Shown here: positions 1 through 8,861 of the stretch, one piece after another
Position numbering within the stretch: position 1 is the first letter of the stretch
Layout: each line of letters begins with the position of its first letter
Source: Alphaproteobacteria bacterium
GTDB taxonomy: Bacteria > Pseudomonadota > Alphaproteobacteria > MPNO01
Length of the DNA stretch: 64,000 bases
Assembly (NCBI GenBank): GCA_964291675.2
Contig: OZ219866.1
Span: forward strand, 2,208,001 to 2,272,000
Direction of reading: 5' to 3'
Position numbers and translations under genes: made by a program
The notes under the pieces: generated by a model
Seen by the model: only the letters and a program-made list of their open reading frames with translations
What the model was told of the DNA's origin: nothing
Databases searched by the model: none

Positions 1-1
1 G

Positions 2-262
2 GAGCCCGCCCCCATCCCGGTCGGGGAGCATTTTTCCATCCGTTTCCATCTCTGCGGGCCGCCGGTCGGCCGGGTCGGCGTGCGCGGCTGGATGCCGGAC
101 CACCGGCACGGCATGAACTACCGCCCCGCGGTGACCCTGGACGGCCTGTCGGGCACGGCCGAGGGCCTGCTGTTCCACATGCCGGGGCGCTGGCAACTGA
201 TTCTGGACATCCGCGGCGCGGCGGGACGTGACAGGCTGACCGCCGAAACGGTGCCGGAGTGA
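2..262 (+). CDS. YtkA/FixH-like protein, C-terminal part (truncated by window start)
   Basis: Open frame from the window edge: ...GWMPDHRHGMNY...GLLFHMPGRWQL. The MPxHxHGM and F-x-MPGxW motifs are typical of YtkA-like domains. Stop overlaps the start of the next gene (GTGA). Confidence 0.6.
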   Translation, partial: EPAPIPVGEHFSIRFHLCGPPVGRVGVRGWMPDHRHGMNYRPAVTLDGLSGTAEGLLFHMPGRWQLILDIRGAAGRDRLTAETVPE

Positions 263-1473
263 CGCCTCGGCGCTCCGGCGCGTCCCTCGCCGCCCGGCTG
301 TCGGGATTCTCGATCGTGATTTGCATGCTTTCCGGCCTCGCCTCGCCGGCGCCGGCGCTCGACTTCACCGCCGAGGAAAGGCGCCGCATCCTGCGCCACG
401 GGCCGTGGCCGCCGGCCTTGCTGCCCGATCCGAGCAACCGGGTTTCCGGCAAGCCGGCCGCCATCGCCTTCGGCCGGGCGCTGTTCTTCGATCGGCGCCT
501 GTCGGTCTCCGGCGCGGTCTCCTGCGCAACCTGCCACAAGCCGGAGCGGGCCTGGACCGACGGCCTGCCGCGCAGCCGCGGGCAGCGGGTTGTCGACCGC
601 AACGCGCCCAGCCTGTTCAACCTCCGCTTCAACCGCTGGTTCGGCTGGGACGGCGCGCAGGACTCGCTGTGGGCGCAGAACCTCAGGCCCCTGCTCGATG
701 CGCGAGAGATGGGCGTCGGCCCCGGCGGCGCGGCGCGGCTGGTGCGCTCCGACGGCCAGCTTTCCTGTCTCTACCGGCGCGCGTTCGACGCAGCGCCCGG
801 CGCGGACGACGCACGGGTCTTCGTCGATCTTGGCAAGGCGCTGGCGGCGTTCCTGGAAACCCAGGTCACCGGCCGGACGCCGTTCGACGAATTCCGCGAC
901 GCGCTCGCGCGCAACGACGCCGCCGGCCAGGCGCGCTATCCCGCCGCGGCCAGGCGCGGCCTGCGACTGTTCCTCGGCCGGGGCAACTGCGCCTTCTGCC
1001 ATTTCGGCCCGGCCTTCACCAACGGCGAGTTCGCCGATGCCGGCGTGCCGCATTTCGTCGAGCCGGGCCGGGTCGATCCCGGCCGGCACGGCGGCATCCG
1101 CAAATTACGCCGGAGCCCCTACACCCTGCTGGGCCGCTTCAACGACGATGCAGAACGCTCCACCGCCGCCAAGACCCGCTATGTCCGCCTGCGCCACGGC
1201 AATTTCGGCGAGTTCCGGGTGCCGGGCCTGCGCAACGCGGCGCTGACGGCGCCCTACATGCATGCCGGCAGCCACAAGACGCTCGCCGATGTCGTGCATC
1301 ACTATTCGACGCTCGACGAGGAACGGCTGCACGCCGGAGGCGAACGCATCCTGCGCCGCCTCGACCTCGGCGCGCGCGAACGGGCCGATCTCGTCGCCTT
1401 CCTCGAAACGCTGACGGAGAACGAGCCGCTTCGCGAATCCGCAGGCGAGACCGGCGACGCCGAGTGCCGGTAG
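259..1473 (+). CDS. Di-heme cytochrome c peroxidase, MauG/MbnH superfamily, exported
   Basis: Two CxxCH motifs (CATCH, CAFCH), GRALFFD, RNAPSL, F-x-WDG, FRVPGLRN, TAPYMH; N-terminal signal-like segment. Confidence 0.88.
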   Translation: MTPRRSGASLAARLSGFSIVICMLSGLASPAPALDFTAEERRRILRHGPWPPALLPDPSNRVSGKPAAIAFGRALFFDRRLSVSGAVSCATCHKPERAWTDGLPRSRGQRVVDRNAPSLFNLRFNRWFGWDGAQDSLWAQNLRPLLDAREMGVGPGGAARLVRSDGQLSCLYRRAFDAAPGADDARVFVDLGKALAAFLETQVTGRTPFDEFRDALARNDAAGQARYPAAARRGLRLFLGRGNCAFCHFGPAFTNGEFADAGVPHFVEPGRVDPGRHGGIRKLRRSPYTLLGRFNDDAERSTAAKTRYVRLRHGNFGEFRVPGLRNAALTAPYMHAGSHKTLADVVHHYSTLDEERLHAGGERILRRLDLGARERADLVAFLETLTENEPLRESAGETGDAECR

Positions 1474-1594
1474 CCATGCCAGGCTGGCCGCCCGGCCCCG
1501 CCGCGCTCCGCCCAGCGGCCGGCTTGGCGGAGAAATCGCCGATGCACTAACATCCGAAACCGAGCCGTCTCCGAAGGCAGGTCAGGAGGATCGC

Positions 1595-2491
1595 TTGCTG
1601 CCGGGTCACGCACGATACGGGCCGTCGGCCATACCCGCGCGACCGGTCTACGACTGGCCGGACGGCAAGCGGCTCGCGTTCTATGTCGGCATGAACATCG
1701 AGGTCTTCGGCTTTCTCGCCGGCCTCGGCCCCGACCCCGTCCTTCTCTCCGCGCCGCAAACCCACCGGAACTACGCGTGGCGGGATTACGGCAACCGCGT
1801 CGGCATCTGGAACCTGTTCGACCTGTTCGACGAGTTCGCGCTGCCCGCCTCGTGCATCGTCAACGCGTGGCTCTACGACCACTATCCCGAGATCTTCGAT
1901 CGCATTCGCGCCCGCGGCGATGCGATCGTGGGGCACGGCCGCACCAACGCCGAGCGGCAGAGCGGGCTCTGGGAGGAGGACGAGCGGCGGCTCATTGCCG
2001 AGGCGACGGATACCATCGAGCGCCACGAGGGGGTAAGGCCCAAGGGCTGGCTCGGGCCCGGCTCGGTGGAGACCGCGGTTACCCCGGACCTGCTGAAGGA
2101 GGCGGGCTACCGCTACTGCCTGGATTGGCCGTGCGACGATCAACCGATCTGGCTGAGCACGCGGAGCGGAAGGCTGCTATCGGTGCCCTATCCGTTCGAG
2201 CTCAACGATATCGGCCAGATCGTCTTCCGCCACCACACCGCGCGCGAGTTCGCCGACATGGTCGTCGATCAATTCGAAGCCATGGTCCGTCAGTGCGTCC
2301 ACCGGCCGCTGGTGTTCTCGGTCTCTCTGCACAGCTTCATCGCCGGCCAGCCATTCCGCATGACGGCGCTGCGGCGGGCCTTCGAGCACATCCGCAAGCA
2401 CGAGCTCAGCGACCGGGTCTGGTTCACGCATTCGGATGCGATCGCGGAGTATTGCCACGGTCTCGATCCGGCCAAGCTGCCCGGAGGCTGA
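1595..2491 (+). CDS. Polysaccharide deacetylase family protein (PuuE-like NodB/CE4 amidohydrolase)
   Basis: WPDGKRLA, WRDYGNRVGIW, GHG, GWLGPG, DDQP, PYPFELND, SLH motifs; RBS GGAGG before a TTG start. Confidence 0.85.
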   Translation: MLPGHARYGPSAIPARPVYDWPDGKRLAFYVGMNIEVFGFLAGLGPDPVLLSAPQTHRNYAWRDYGNRVGIWNLFDLFDEFALPASCIVNAWLYDHYPEIFDRIRARGDAIVGHGRTNAERQSGLWEEDERRLIAEATDTIERHEGVRPKGWLGPGSVETAVTPDLLKEAGYRYCLDWPCDDQPIWLSTRSGRLLSVPYPFELNDIGQIVFRHHTAREFADMVVDQFEAMVRQCVHRPLVFSVSLHSFIAGQPFRMTALRRAFEHIRKHELSDRVWFTHSDAIAEYCHGLDPAKLPGG

Positions 2492-2506
2492 TCCCGCGAC
2501 CGCGGG

Positions 2507-3406
2507 CTATGCGGGTTCGAGGAGGTCCTCCACGGGCGTGCCGTGCCAGCCCTCCTCGCGCCGGCTCCAGTAGCGCGACTGGAGGTGGCCGGTCAGAAGG
2601 CCGGCATGGCCGTTGCCGACCGGCCTGTCGCCGATGCGGATCACCGGCATGACGCCGCCCGCCGTGGTGCTCGCGAACACCTCGTCGGCCGCGCGCAGCT
2701 CCTCCGGCTCCACCCGGCGGCATGAGAAGGGGATGCCGTCCTCGCGGCAGAGCTCGGCCACCGCGCGCCTGGTGATGCCCTCCAGGACGTTGGCATCGGG
2801 CGTCGCGACCGCGCCGTCCTTCACCACGAAGACGTTGTAGCCCGGCCCTTCCGTGAGCGCGCCGTCAGCACCCACCAGCAGCGCATCGTCGCAGCCCCGG
2901 TCGTAGGCCTCGAAGCGGGCCTGCACGAAGTCGGCCCGGTTGTAGTTCTTGCAGCGGGCGTCGATCGCCCTCGACGAGACGCGCTCGACGCCGCTGACAT
3001 GGAGCGCGGCGCCGTTGCGGCACTTGTCCTCGCCCCAGATCCAGACATAGGGCATGGCGTAGGCCACGAACTCGGGCGCGCCGAGGCGGGGATCGCGGGC
3101 CCCGCTTTGGATGACGCCGCGGGTGAGCTGGAGCTTGACGTAGCAGTTGTCGTGCCCCGACCGGGCCACGCATTCGGCGAGGATACGGCGCATGTCGTCG
3201 GCGCCGTAGGGATTCTCCAGCCGGAACCCGGCGCAGGACCGGGCGAAGCGCTCCAGATGCTCGTCCAGCATGAAGAACCAGCCGGCCCAGGTTGAGGTCA
3301 CGTCGTAGACCGTGTCGCCCCAGACGAAGCCGGCATCGAAGATCGACATCCGGGCGTCCTCGGGCAAGACGTACTCGCCGCCGATGAACACGCATCCCTC
3401 GGTCAT
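2507..3406 (-). CDS. Aminotransferase class IV (branched-chain/(R)-amine transaminase-like)
   Basis: D-x-GF-x-x-GD-x-VYD, HLER, KNYNRAD (PLP Lys), EGPGYN, LEGITR, STTAGG. Confidence 0.9.
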   Translation of the reverse strand: MTEGCVFIGGEYVLPEDARMSIFDAGFVWGDTVYDVTSTWAGWFFMLDEHLERFARSCAGFRLENPYGADDMRRILAECVARSGHDNCYVKLQLTRGVIQSGARDPRLGAPEFVAYAMPYVWIWGEDKCRNGAALHVSGVERVSSRAIDARCKNYNRADFVQARFEAYDRGCDDALLVGADGALTEGPGYNVFVVKDGAVATPDANVLEGITRRAVAELCREDGIPFSCRRVEPEELRAADEVFASTTAGGVMPVIRIGDRPVGNGHAGLLTGHLQSRYWSRREEGWHGTPVEDLLEPA

Positions 3407-3488
3407 CGTTTCGTCCTCCGGCAGTCCCTGGCCGTCGTCCCGCGGGTTTCGATGATAGCCGCAGCGACGCCGGCCGCCACCGCCACCC

Positions 3489-3524
3489 CGTCAAGGCCGG
3501 CCCCCGGATCGAGTCCGGGCGTGA
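3489..3524. repeat. REP-like palindromic intergenic repeat (copy A)
   Basis: cgtcaaggccggcccccggatcgagtccgggcgtga is 33/36 identical to the reverse complement of 5565-5600, with an internal hairpin cccgga-tcgag-tccggg. A related degenerate palindrome lies at ~3571-3593. Confidence 0.75.
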
Positions 3525-3794
3525 CGAGGGGGCAGGCATGGCGGTGGGGCGGCCCGCCCCGCCCGTGGGTGCCCGGAACGAGGCCGGGGTGACAACGGAG
3601 GGGCAGGGACGGCAAGTGCGGGCGTGCGGCGATCCGTGTCCCGATCCGGCGGATGCGCCGATATCCCGCCCGGAACAAGGCTTTGCGCCCGGTCCAGCTC
3701 ATATAAACCGTCATGGTCTCGGCGGTGCTGAGCCACCCCGTGGCATGAAACTCGGGGCGTTCGGCTGAGGGTTTGCCGATCGTCGCGCGGGTCT

Positions 3795-4013
3795 GCCGTG
3801 GCAGGATGGGAACGGTGGAGGCGGCGACGCGTGAGCGTTCCGTTTATCGGTGATGTGGTTCCCGAGATATAAACTGCTTCCGGCGGTCGGCTCCGCACCC
3901 CGTACTGTGCCCGGCCCGCGGCCGTGGACGCGCGGCAAATCGAACCGCACCCGCTCGACGGGTGCGTGTCCTTCCGACCGCTGTCCCCGCCTCCACCGTG
4001 GCGATGCCACGGC
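3795..4013 (+). ncRNA. Putative IS110 bridge RNA (structured non-coding end upstream of the recombinase)
   Basis: Nested stems 3795-3803/4005-4013 (9 bp), 3812-3824/3987-3999 (13 bp), 3883-3890/3974-3981 (8 bp), and a hairpin at 3946-3966. Short segments match the target flank (atataaac, 3867-3874) and the donor end (cggcaaa, 3933-3939). RNA ends are inferred. Confidence 0.6.
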
Positions 4014-4058
4014 GCGATCCTACGCCGCCGTGGCGAGAGCGCAACGAGGAGGACAGCG

Positions 4059-5309
4059 ATGAAGACGGAAGGCTTGCACGTCGTGCGGCCGCACGCGGCG
4101 GGTCTGGACGTGCACAAGATGGAGATCACCGCGACGGTTCGCCTGTGCGAGGGCGAGGGCGAGCCGGTGGTGGAGACGCGCTGCTTCAGCTCGCTTCCGA
4201 GCGGTCTGGCGGAGATGGTCGCCTGGCTGACCGGTCGCCGCGTCGAGGCCGCTGTCATGGAAGGGACCGGGATCTACTGGCAGGCGCCCTTCGCGGCGGT
4301 GGAGGCGGCGGGGATCGAAGCGATCCTGGTGCACGCGCGTCAGGTCAAGCAGTTGAAGGGGCGCAAGACCGATGTCGCCGACAGCGTGTGGCTGGCCTGC
4401 GTGTGCCAGTTCGGGCTCTGCACGCCTTCCCATGTTCCCCCCGAGCCGTTCCGGCAGCTGCGCTCGCTGAGCCGCCAGCGGCGCACCCTGGTCAGGCAGC
4501 GCTCGACCGTGCGCAACCGGGTGCAGAAGATCGTCGACCGCGCCGGCCTGCGCATCGGCGGCATCCTCTCCGACGTCTTCGGCGTCAACGGCCGCAAGAT
4601 CCTCGACGGGCTGGCGCAAGCCACGCCGCGCGCGGTCATCCTCGCCTCGCTCACCGGCCACGTCGCCAACAAGCTGGAGGGGCTCGGCGAGGCGCTCTCC
4701 CTGAGCCTGGGCGACAACGACCGCTTCATGCTCGGCGATCTGCTGGACGAGCATGACGCGCTCGAGGCGCGCATCGCGTCCTACGGCGAGAAGATCGACC
4801 GGCAGATGACGCCGTGGCAGGAACAGCTCCGCCTGCTGACCACCATCCCCGGCATCGACCGCATCGCCGCCTCGACCATCCTGATCGAGATCGGCCCGGA
4901 TATCGAGGCGTTCGCCTCCAAGCAGCACTTCGCCGCCTGGGCCGGGCTCTGCCCCGGCAACAACGAAAGCGGCGGAAAGCGCCGCAACGCGCGCACCCGA
5001 AGGGGCTCCAAGACGCTGCGCGCCAGCCTCGTCGAATGTGCCCACGGCGCGGCCCGAACCAAGGGGTGCCAGTTCGAGGCCCACCACCGCGCGCTCGCCG
5101 CCCGGCGCGGATACAAGCGCGCCATCGTGGCCAGCGCACACAAGATGCTGCGCATCGTTTATGTCGTGCTCAAGACCGGCAGGCCCTACTACGACCGCAC
5201 CGCCGACTACGACGCGCTGATGGTCAAGCGCAACGCCCCGCGCTGGATCCGAATGCTCCGCCGCTACGGCTACATCCAACCCCGGCGCGCCGAACCCAAG
5301 GCCACCTGA
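4059..5309 (+). CDS. IS110-family transposase/recombinase (DEDD RuvC-like domain + Tnp20 domain), 416 aa
   Basis: GLDVHK, MEGTGIYW, KTDVADS (DEDD); TIPGI, AWAGLCP, NESGGK (catalytic Ser); AIVASAHKMLR. RBS GAGGAGG before ATG 4059. Confidence 0.95.
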   Translation: MKTEGLHVVRPHAAGLDVHKMEITATVRLCEGEGEPVVETRCFSSLPSGLAEMVAWLTGRRVEAAVMEGTGIYWQAPFAAVEAAGIEAILVHARQVKQLKGRKTDVADSVWLACVCQFGLCTPSHVPPEPFRQLRSLSRQRRTLVRQRSTVRNRVQKIVDRAGLRIGGILSDVFGVNGRKILDGLAQATPRAVILASLTGHVANKLEGLGEALSLSLGDNDRFMLGDLLDEHDALEARIASYGEKIDRQMTPWQEQLRLLTTIPGIDRIAASTILIEIGPDIEAFASKQHFAAWAGLCPGNNESGGKRRNARTRRGSKTLRASLVECAHGAARTKGCQFEAHHRALAARRGYKRAIVASAHKMLRIVYVVLKTGRPYYDRTADYDALMVKRNAPRWIRMLRRYGYIQPRRAEPKAT

Positions 5310-5466
5310 CCGGCCCGCATAACGCCGGACCGTCGCGCGGGACCGCTTCGGGCCACATCGGGGAAGTCCACCGCTCGTCTCGCCGCCCCCTTCCGGCGAT
5401 CTCAGCCAACTCCCTCCCGGCGTTGGATGGGGCCCTCGCGCGCCCCCACCGAAACTGTTTCACGGC

Positions 5467-5697
5467 AAACCGGACAGCAGTGGACTCGATCCGGGCATCC
5501 ATGGGCGCCGCCGCCCCTCTCGTCGGACCGTCGTGCGGGCGGAGAGGCCGCGTGGATGGCCGGATCACCCCCGGACTTGATCCGGGGGCCGGCCATGACG
5601 TAGGGGTGACAGCGGGAGCGGAGATGCAGATGTTCACGGGCGCGGAGCCCGCGCCGAAAATCTAAACCGGACAGCAGTGGACCTGATCCGGGCATCC
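5467..5697 (+). repeat. 34-bp direct repeat pair (5467-5500 and 5664-5697), AAACCGGACAGCAGTGG motif
   Basis: aaaccggacagcagtggactcgatccgggcatcc vs aaaccggacagcagtggacctgatccgggcatcc, 32/34 identical. Confidence 0.85.
5554..5600. repeat. REP-like palindromic intergenic repeat (copy B)
   Basis: ggatggccgg-atca-cccccgga-cttga-tccggggg-ccggccat: nested perfect palindrome, inverted relative to copy A. Confidence 0.8.
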
Positions 5698-5822
5698 GTC
5701 GCGTGGCGGGGGCGCCGTGCGGATGGGCGTGAATTTCCGAACCGGGACACTGGATGCGCGCATGCGGTTTGCGGTCGTGCCGGGGTTTCAATACGCTTTT
5801 TCCGGCACGCTGGAGACACGAG

Positions 5823-8039
5823 ATGCTTCCGATCACCGGCTATGCCGACCGCTATTCCGTAGCGCCCGGCCAATCCATCGCGTTCAAGGTATCCTCGACC
5901 GTGCCGGAGGACTACGAGGCGCGCCTGGTGCGCGTGATCTGCGGCGACCCCAACCCGGCCGGACCCGGCATGCGGGAACAGCCCGTCGAGGCCGCCTTTG
6001 CCGGAAGCTACCCCTCCCGGGTGCAGCCGATCCACAACGGCTCGTGGGCGCGCGTCGCCGCCACCGCACCGCTCGATGCGCTGAGCAGCTTCACGGTGAC
6101 CGCCACCGTCTGGCCCACCCTGCCCCGCCTCCCCCGCCGGCAGGGTCTGGTGTCGCGCGTCGATGCCGCCACCGGCGCCGGCTTCACGCTGGAGATCGAC
6201 GAGGCCGGCTCGCTTGCCGCCACGCTGAGCGACGGCGCCCGCACGGTCGTCCTCGACACCGGCAAGGCACTGCGTGCCCGCGCCTGGTACCGGGTCTTCC
6301 TCAGCTACGACGCGGGCACGGGCGAAATCCGCGTCGGCCAGCGTGCGCTCGCGCCCACGATGACGGTGGACGATTCGGGCACCGCCGCCGCCTCGGCCGC
6401 CTTCGAGGGCGGATGCACCGGGAGCGGCGATCTCGCGTTCGCGGCGCGGGCGGGCTCGCCTCCCGGCGATCACTATAACGGCAAGCTCGAAGCGCCGCGG
6501 ATCGTGGCGGCCGCCCTCGACCCGGATTCGGCATTCCGCGCCGCGGAGGAAGACCCCGCGCGATCCGGCGAGCGCCTGGTCGCCGCGTGGGACTTCTCGC
6601 GCGAGATGTCGTCGGCGCGCATCCTGGACACCGGCCCGCACGCGATGCACGGCGAGACCGTCAACCTGCCGGCGCGCGCGATGACGGGCTGGCGCTGGAC
6701 CGGCGAGGAGATGTGCTGGCGCCACGCTCCGGCGCAGTACGGCGCCATCCACTTCCACGACGACGACCTCTACGACTGCGGCTGGGAGACCGATTTCAGC
6801 TTCGAGGTGCCCGACGACTTCAGGAGCGGCGCCTACGCGGTGCGCCTCGCCGCCGGCGGCGAAGAGGACATGATCCCCTTCTTCGTGCGCGCCCGGGCGG
6901 GCCGGGCGCAGTCGAGCGCCTGCGTGCTGATCCCCGTCTTCACCTACACCGTCTACGCCAACTTCGCCCGCGGCAATGTCGACGACGCCTATCGCGCGCA
7001 GGTCGCGCGCTGGAGCGCGCGCCCGTGGACGCCGGACGAGCACCCCGAATACGGGATCTCGACCTACAACCGCCATAGCGACGGCAGCGGGGTCGCCTAT
7101 TCGTCGCGGCTTCGTCCGATCCTCAACCAGCGCTCCGGATACTGCGCCTATGCGGACCCCAAGGGCGGCTCCTGCCTGCGCCACTTCCCCGCCGACACCC
7201 ATCTTCTCGCCTGGCTGAATGCGCTCGGCCACGATTTCGACGTCATCACGGACGAGGATCTCGAGGCGGACGGCGTCGGCGCGATCGCGGACTACAAGGC
7301 GGTGATGACGGGCTCCCACCCGGAATACCACACCCCGGGCTCGCTCGACGCGCTCGCCGAGTACACCGAACGGGGCGGGCGCCTGATGTATCTCGGCGGC
7401 AACGGCTTCTACTGGCGCGTCGCGGTGAATGCGGCGCTGCCGGGCGCGGTCGAGATCCGCCGCGGCGAGACCGGAATCCGCGCCTGGGCGGCCGAGCCGG
7501 GGGAGTACTACAACGCCTTCGACGGCGGCTATGGCGGGCTGTGGCGGAACAGCGGCCGCGCGCCGCAGCGTCTCGTCGGGGTGGGGTTCATCGCCCAGGG
7601 CGACTTTCACGGCACCGCCTACCGGCGCCTGCCCGCCTCGCGCGACCCCCGCGCCGCCTGGATCTTCGAGGGGATCGAGGACGACGAGCTTTTGGGCGAT
7701 TTCGGCCTGAGCGGCGGCGGGGCGGCCGGGTTCGAGCTCGACTGGCTCGACCCGAGCCTCGGATCGCCGGCCCACGCCCTGGTGCTCGCCCGCTCGGAGC
7801 CGCAGGACGACACCTTCATGCTGGTGCCGGAGGAGATGCTGAACCACTACGTCAACCGCCCCGGCCTGCCGACCGAGGACCTCATCCGCTCGGAGATCGT
7901 GTACTTCGAGACGCCCAACGGCGGCGCAGTGTTCTCGGTCGGCTCGATCACCTTCTGCGGCAGCCTCCCGCACAACGACTTCCACAACAACGTCTCGCGC
8001 ATGCTCGACAACGTGTTGCGCAGGTTCCGGGCGGGCTGA
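5823..8039 (+). CDS. N,N-dimethylformamidase large (beta) subunit family protein with LamG-like domain
   Basis: ITGYADRYSVAPG, AIHFHDDDL, SGAYA, TYTVYAN, STYNRHSDG, ADTHLLAWL, GSHPEY, LGGNGFYW, GFELD. RBS GGAG before ATG 5823. Confidence 0.88.
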   Translation: MLPITGYADRYSVAPGQSIAFKVSSTVPEDYEARLVRVICGDPNPAGPGMREQPVEAAFAGSYPSRVQPIHNGSWARVAATAPLDALSSFTVTATVWPTLPRLPRRQGLVSRVDAATGAGFTLEIDEAGSLAATLSDGARTVVLDTGKALRARAWYRVFLSYDAGTGEIRVGQRALAPTMTVDDSGTAAASAAFEGGCTGSGDLAFAARAGSPPGDHYNGKLEAPRIVAAALDPDSAFRAAEEDPARSGERLVAAWDFSREMSSARILDTGPHAMHGETVNLPARAMTGWRWTGEEMCWRHAPAQYGAIHFHDDDLYDCGWETDFSFEVPDDFRSGAYAVRLAAGGEEDMIPFFVRARAGRAQSSACVLIPVFTYTVYANFARGNVDDAYRAQVARWSARPWTPDEHPEYGISTYNRHSDGSGVAYSSRLRPILNQRSGYCAYADPKGGSCLRHFPADTHLLAWLNALGHDFDVITDEDLEADGVGAIADYKAVMTGSHPEYHTPGSLDALAEYTERGGRLMYLGGNGFYWRVAVNAALPGAVEIRRGETGIRAWAAEPGEYYNAFDGGYGGLWRNSGRAPQRLVGVGFIAQGDFHGTAYRRLPASRDPRAAWIFEGIEDDELLGDFGLSGGGAAGFELDWLDPSLGSPAHALVLARSEPQDDTFMLVPEEMLNHYVNRPGLPTEDLIRSEIVYFETPNGGAVFSVGSITFCGSLPHNDFHNNVSRMLDNVLRRFRAG

Positions 8040-8060
8040 GCAGCGTACGATACCGGCAGC

Positions 8061-8840
8061 TCAGACTTGCGAGAAATCCGGGCACCATTTCAGGATGCCG
8101 TCCCTGTAGCTCTCCCTGTCCCGATGTGCCGCCGCCCAGCGCCAGACGTTCGGGTAGCTCTCGAACGGATAGCCGCACCCGACCAGCACGAAGTGCACGG
8201 GGATCCAGGAAATATCGGCCAGGGTGTAGCGATCGCCCATCATCCAATCGCGGCCCTCCAGGGCGTTCTCGAGCTTGGCGAAACACGCTTCCAGCGTCTC
8301 CCGCGCGCGGGCGATATCCTGTTCGCCGAACGCGGCGCCGCCGGCGTGTTTTGCGTGAAACTCCTTCAGCTCCTCGTTCTTCTGGAGCGCGTCGTATTTT
8401 TCCTGTTCCGCGGCGGTCTTCTTCAATTTTTTCTGCATCCTGGTCGCGTAGACATAGGGCTTGATCGCCGGCACGTGGATGGATGCGGCGAGACGAAGCC
8501 ATTCCAGCATCTCGTCTTCATCGCCCGCCGCACGCAGCGAGGGTTCGGGGTAGGTTCGGTCGAGATAGTCGATGATGTCGTTGGACTCGATATGGACGAC
8601 GCCGTTGTCGATCAGGGTCGGCACCAGGCCGTTCGGATTGATGCCGAAGTAGTCGTCCGAAATGTTCTCCTTCAGCTTCAAATCGAGGTGATGGCTGGTC
8701 CAGGGCAAGCCTTTCTCGATCAGCGCCATGCGGACCCGCATCGAGCAGTTCGAGATATCGCCGTGATAGAGGTGGATTCCCTCGAATGATTCCACCGACT
8801 TGTCGGTCGGAACGATAACTGCCATGGGAAGGCTCTCCAT
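8061..8840 (-). CDS. Glutathione S-transferase family protein
   Basis: SNCSMRVR, INPNGLVPTL, ESNDIIDYLD, GDRYTLADI. Confidence 0.9.
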   Translation of the reverse strand: MESLPMAVIVPTDKSVESFEGIHLYHGDISNCSMRVRMALIEKGLPWTSHHLDLKLKENISDDYFGINPNGLVPTLIDNGVVHIESNDIIDYLDRTYPEPSLRAAGDEDEMLEWLRLAASIHVPAIKPYVYATRMQKKLKKTAAEQEKYDALQKNEELKEFHAKHAGGAAFGEQDIARARETLEACFAKLENALEGRDWMMGDRYTLADISWIPVHFVLVGCGYPFESYPNVWRWAAAHRDRESYRDGILKWCPDFSQV

Positions 8841-8861
8841 TCAGGTTCAACGACCTCGGCC

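Larger units (their letters stand above)
3705..5472 (+). mobile_element. IS110-family insertion sequence (predicted boundaries)
   Basis: Contains an IS110 recombinase. AAACCG occurs at both junctions (3705-3710, 5467-5472). Removing the element restores atatAAACCGgacagcagtgg, which matches an empty copy of the motif at 5660-5680. No long terminal inverted repeats. Confidence 0.8.

Noticed and set aside
3489-5600. 36-bp inverted repeats as the terminal inverted repeats of the IS110 element
   Set aside because: IS110 elements lack long TIRs, and the AAACCG junctions lie inside these repeats, which look like host REP-type palindromes.
5467-5697. Direct repeats as a mini-CRISPR array or as an IS target-site duplication
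   Set aside because: Only two copies, ~163 bp apart, no cas genes, and both lie on the same side of the IS.
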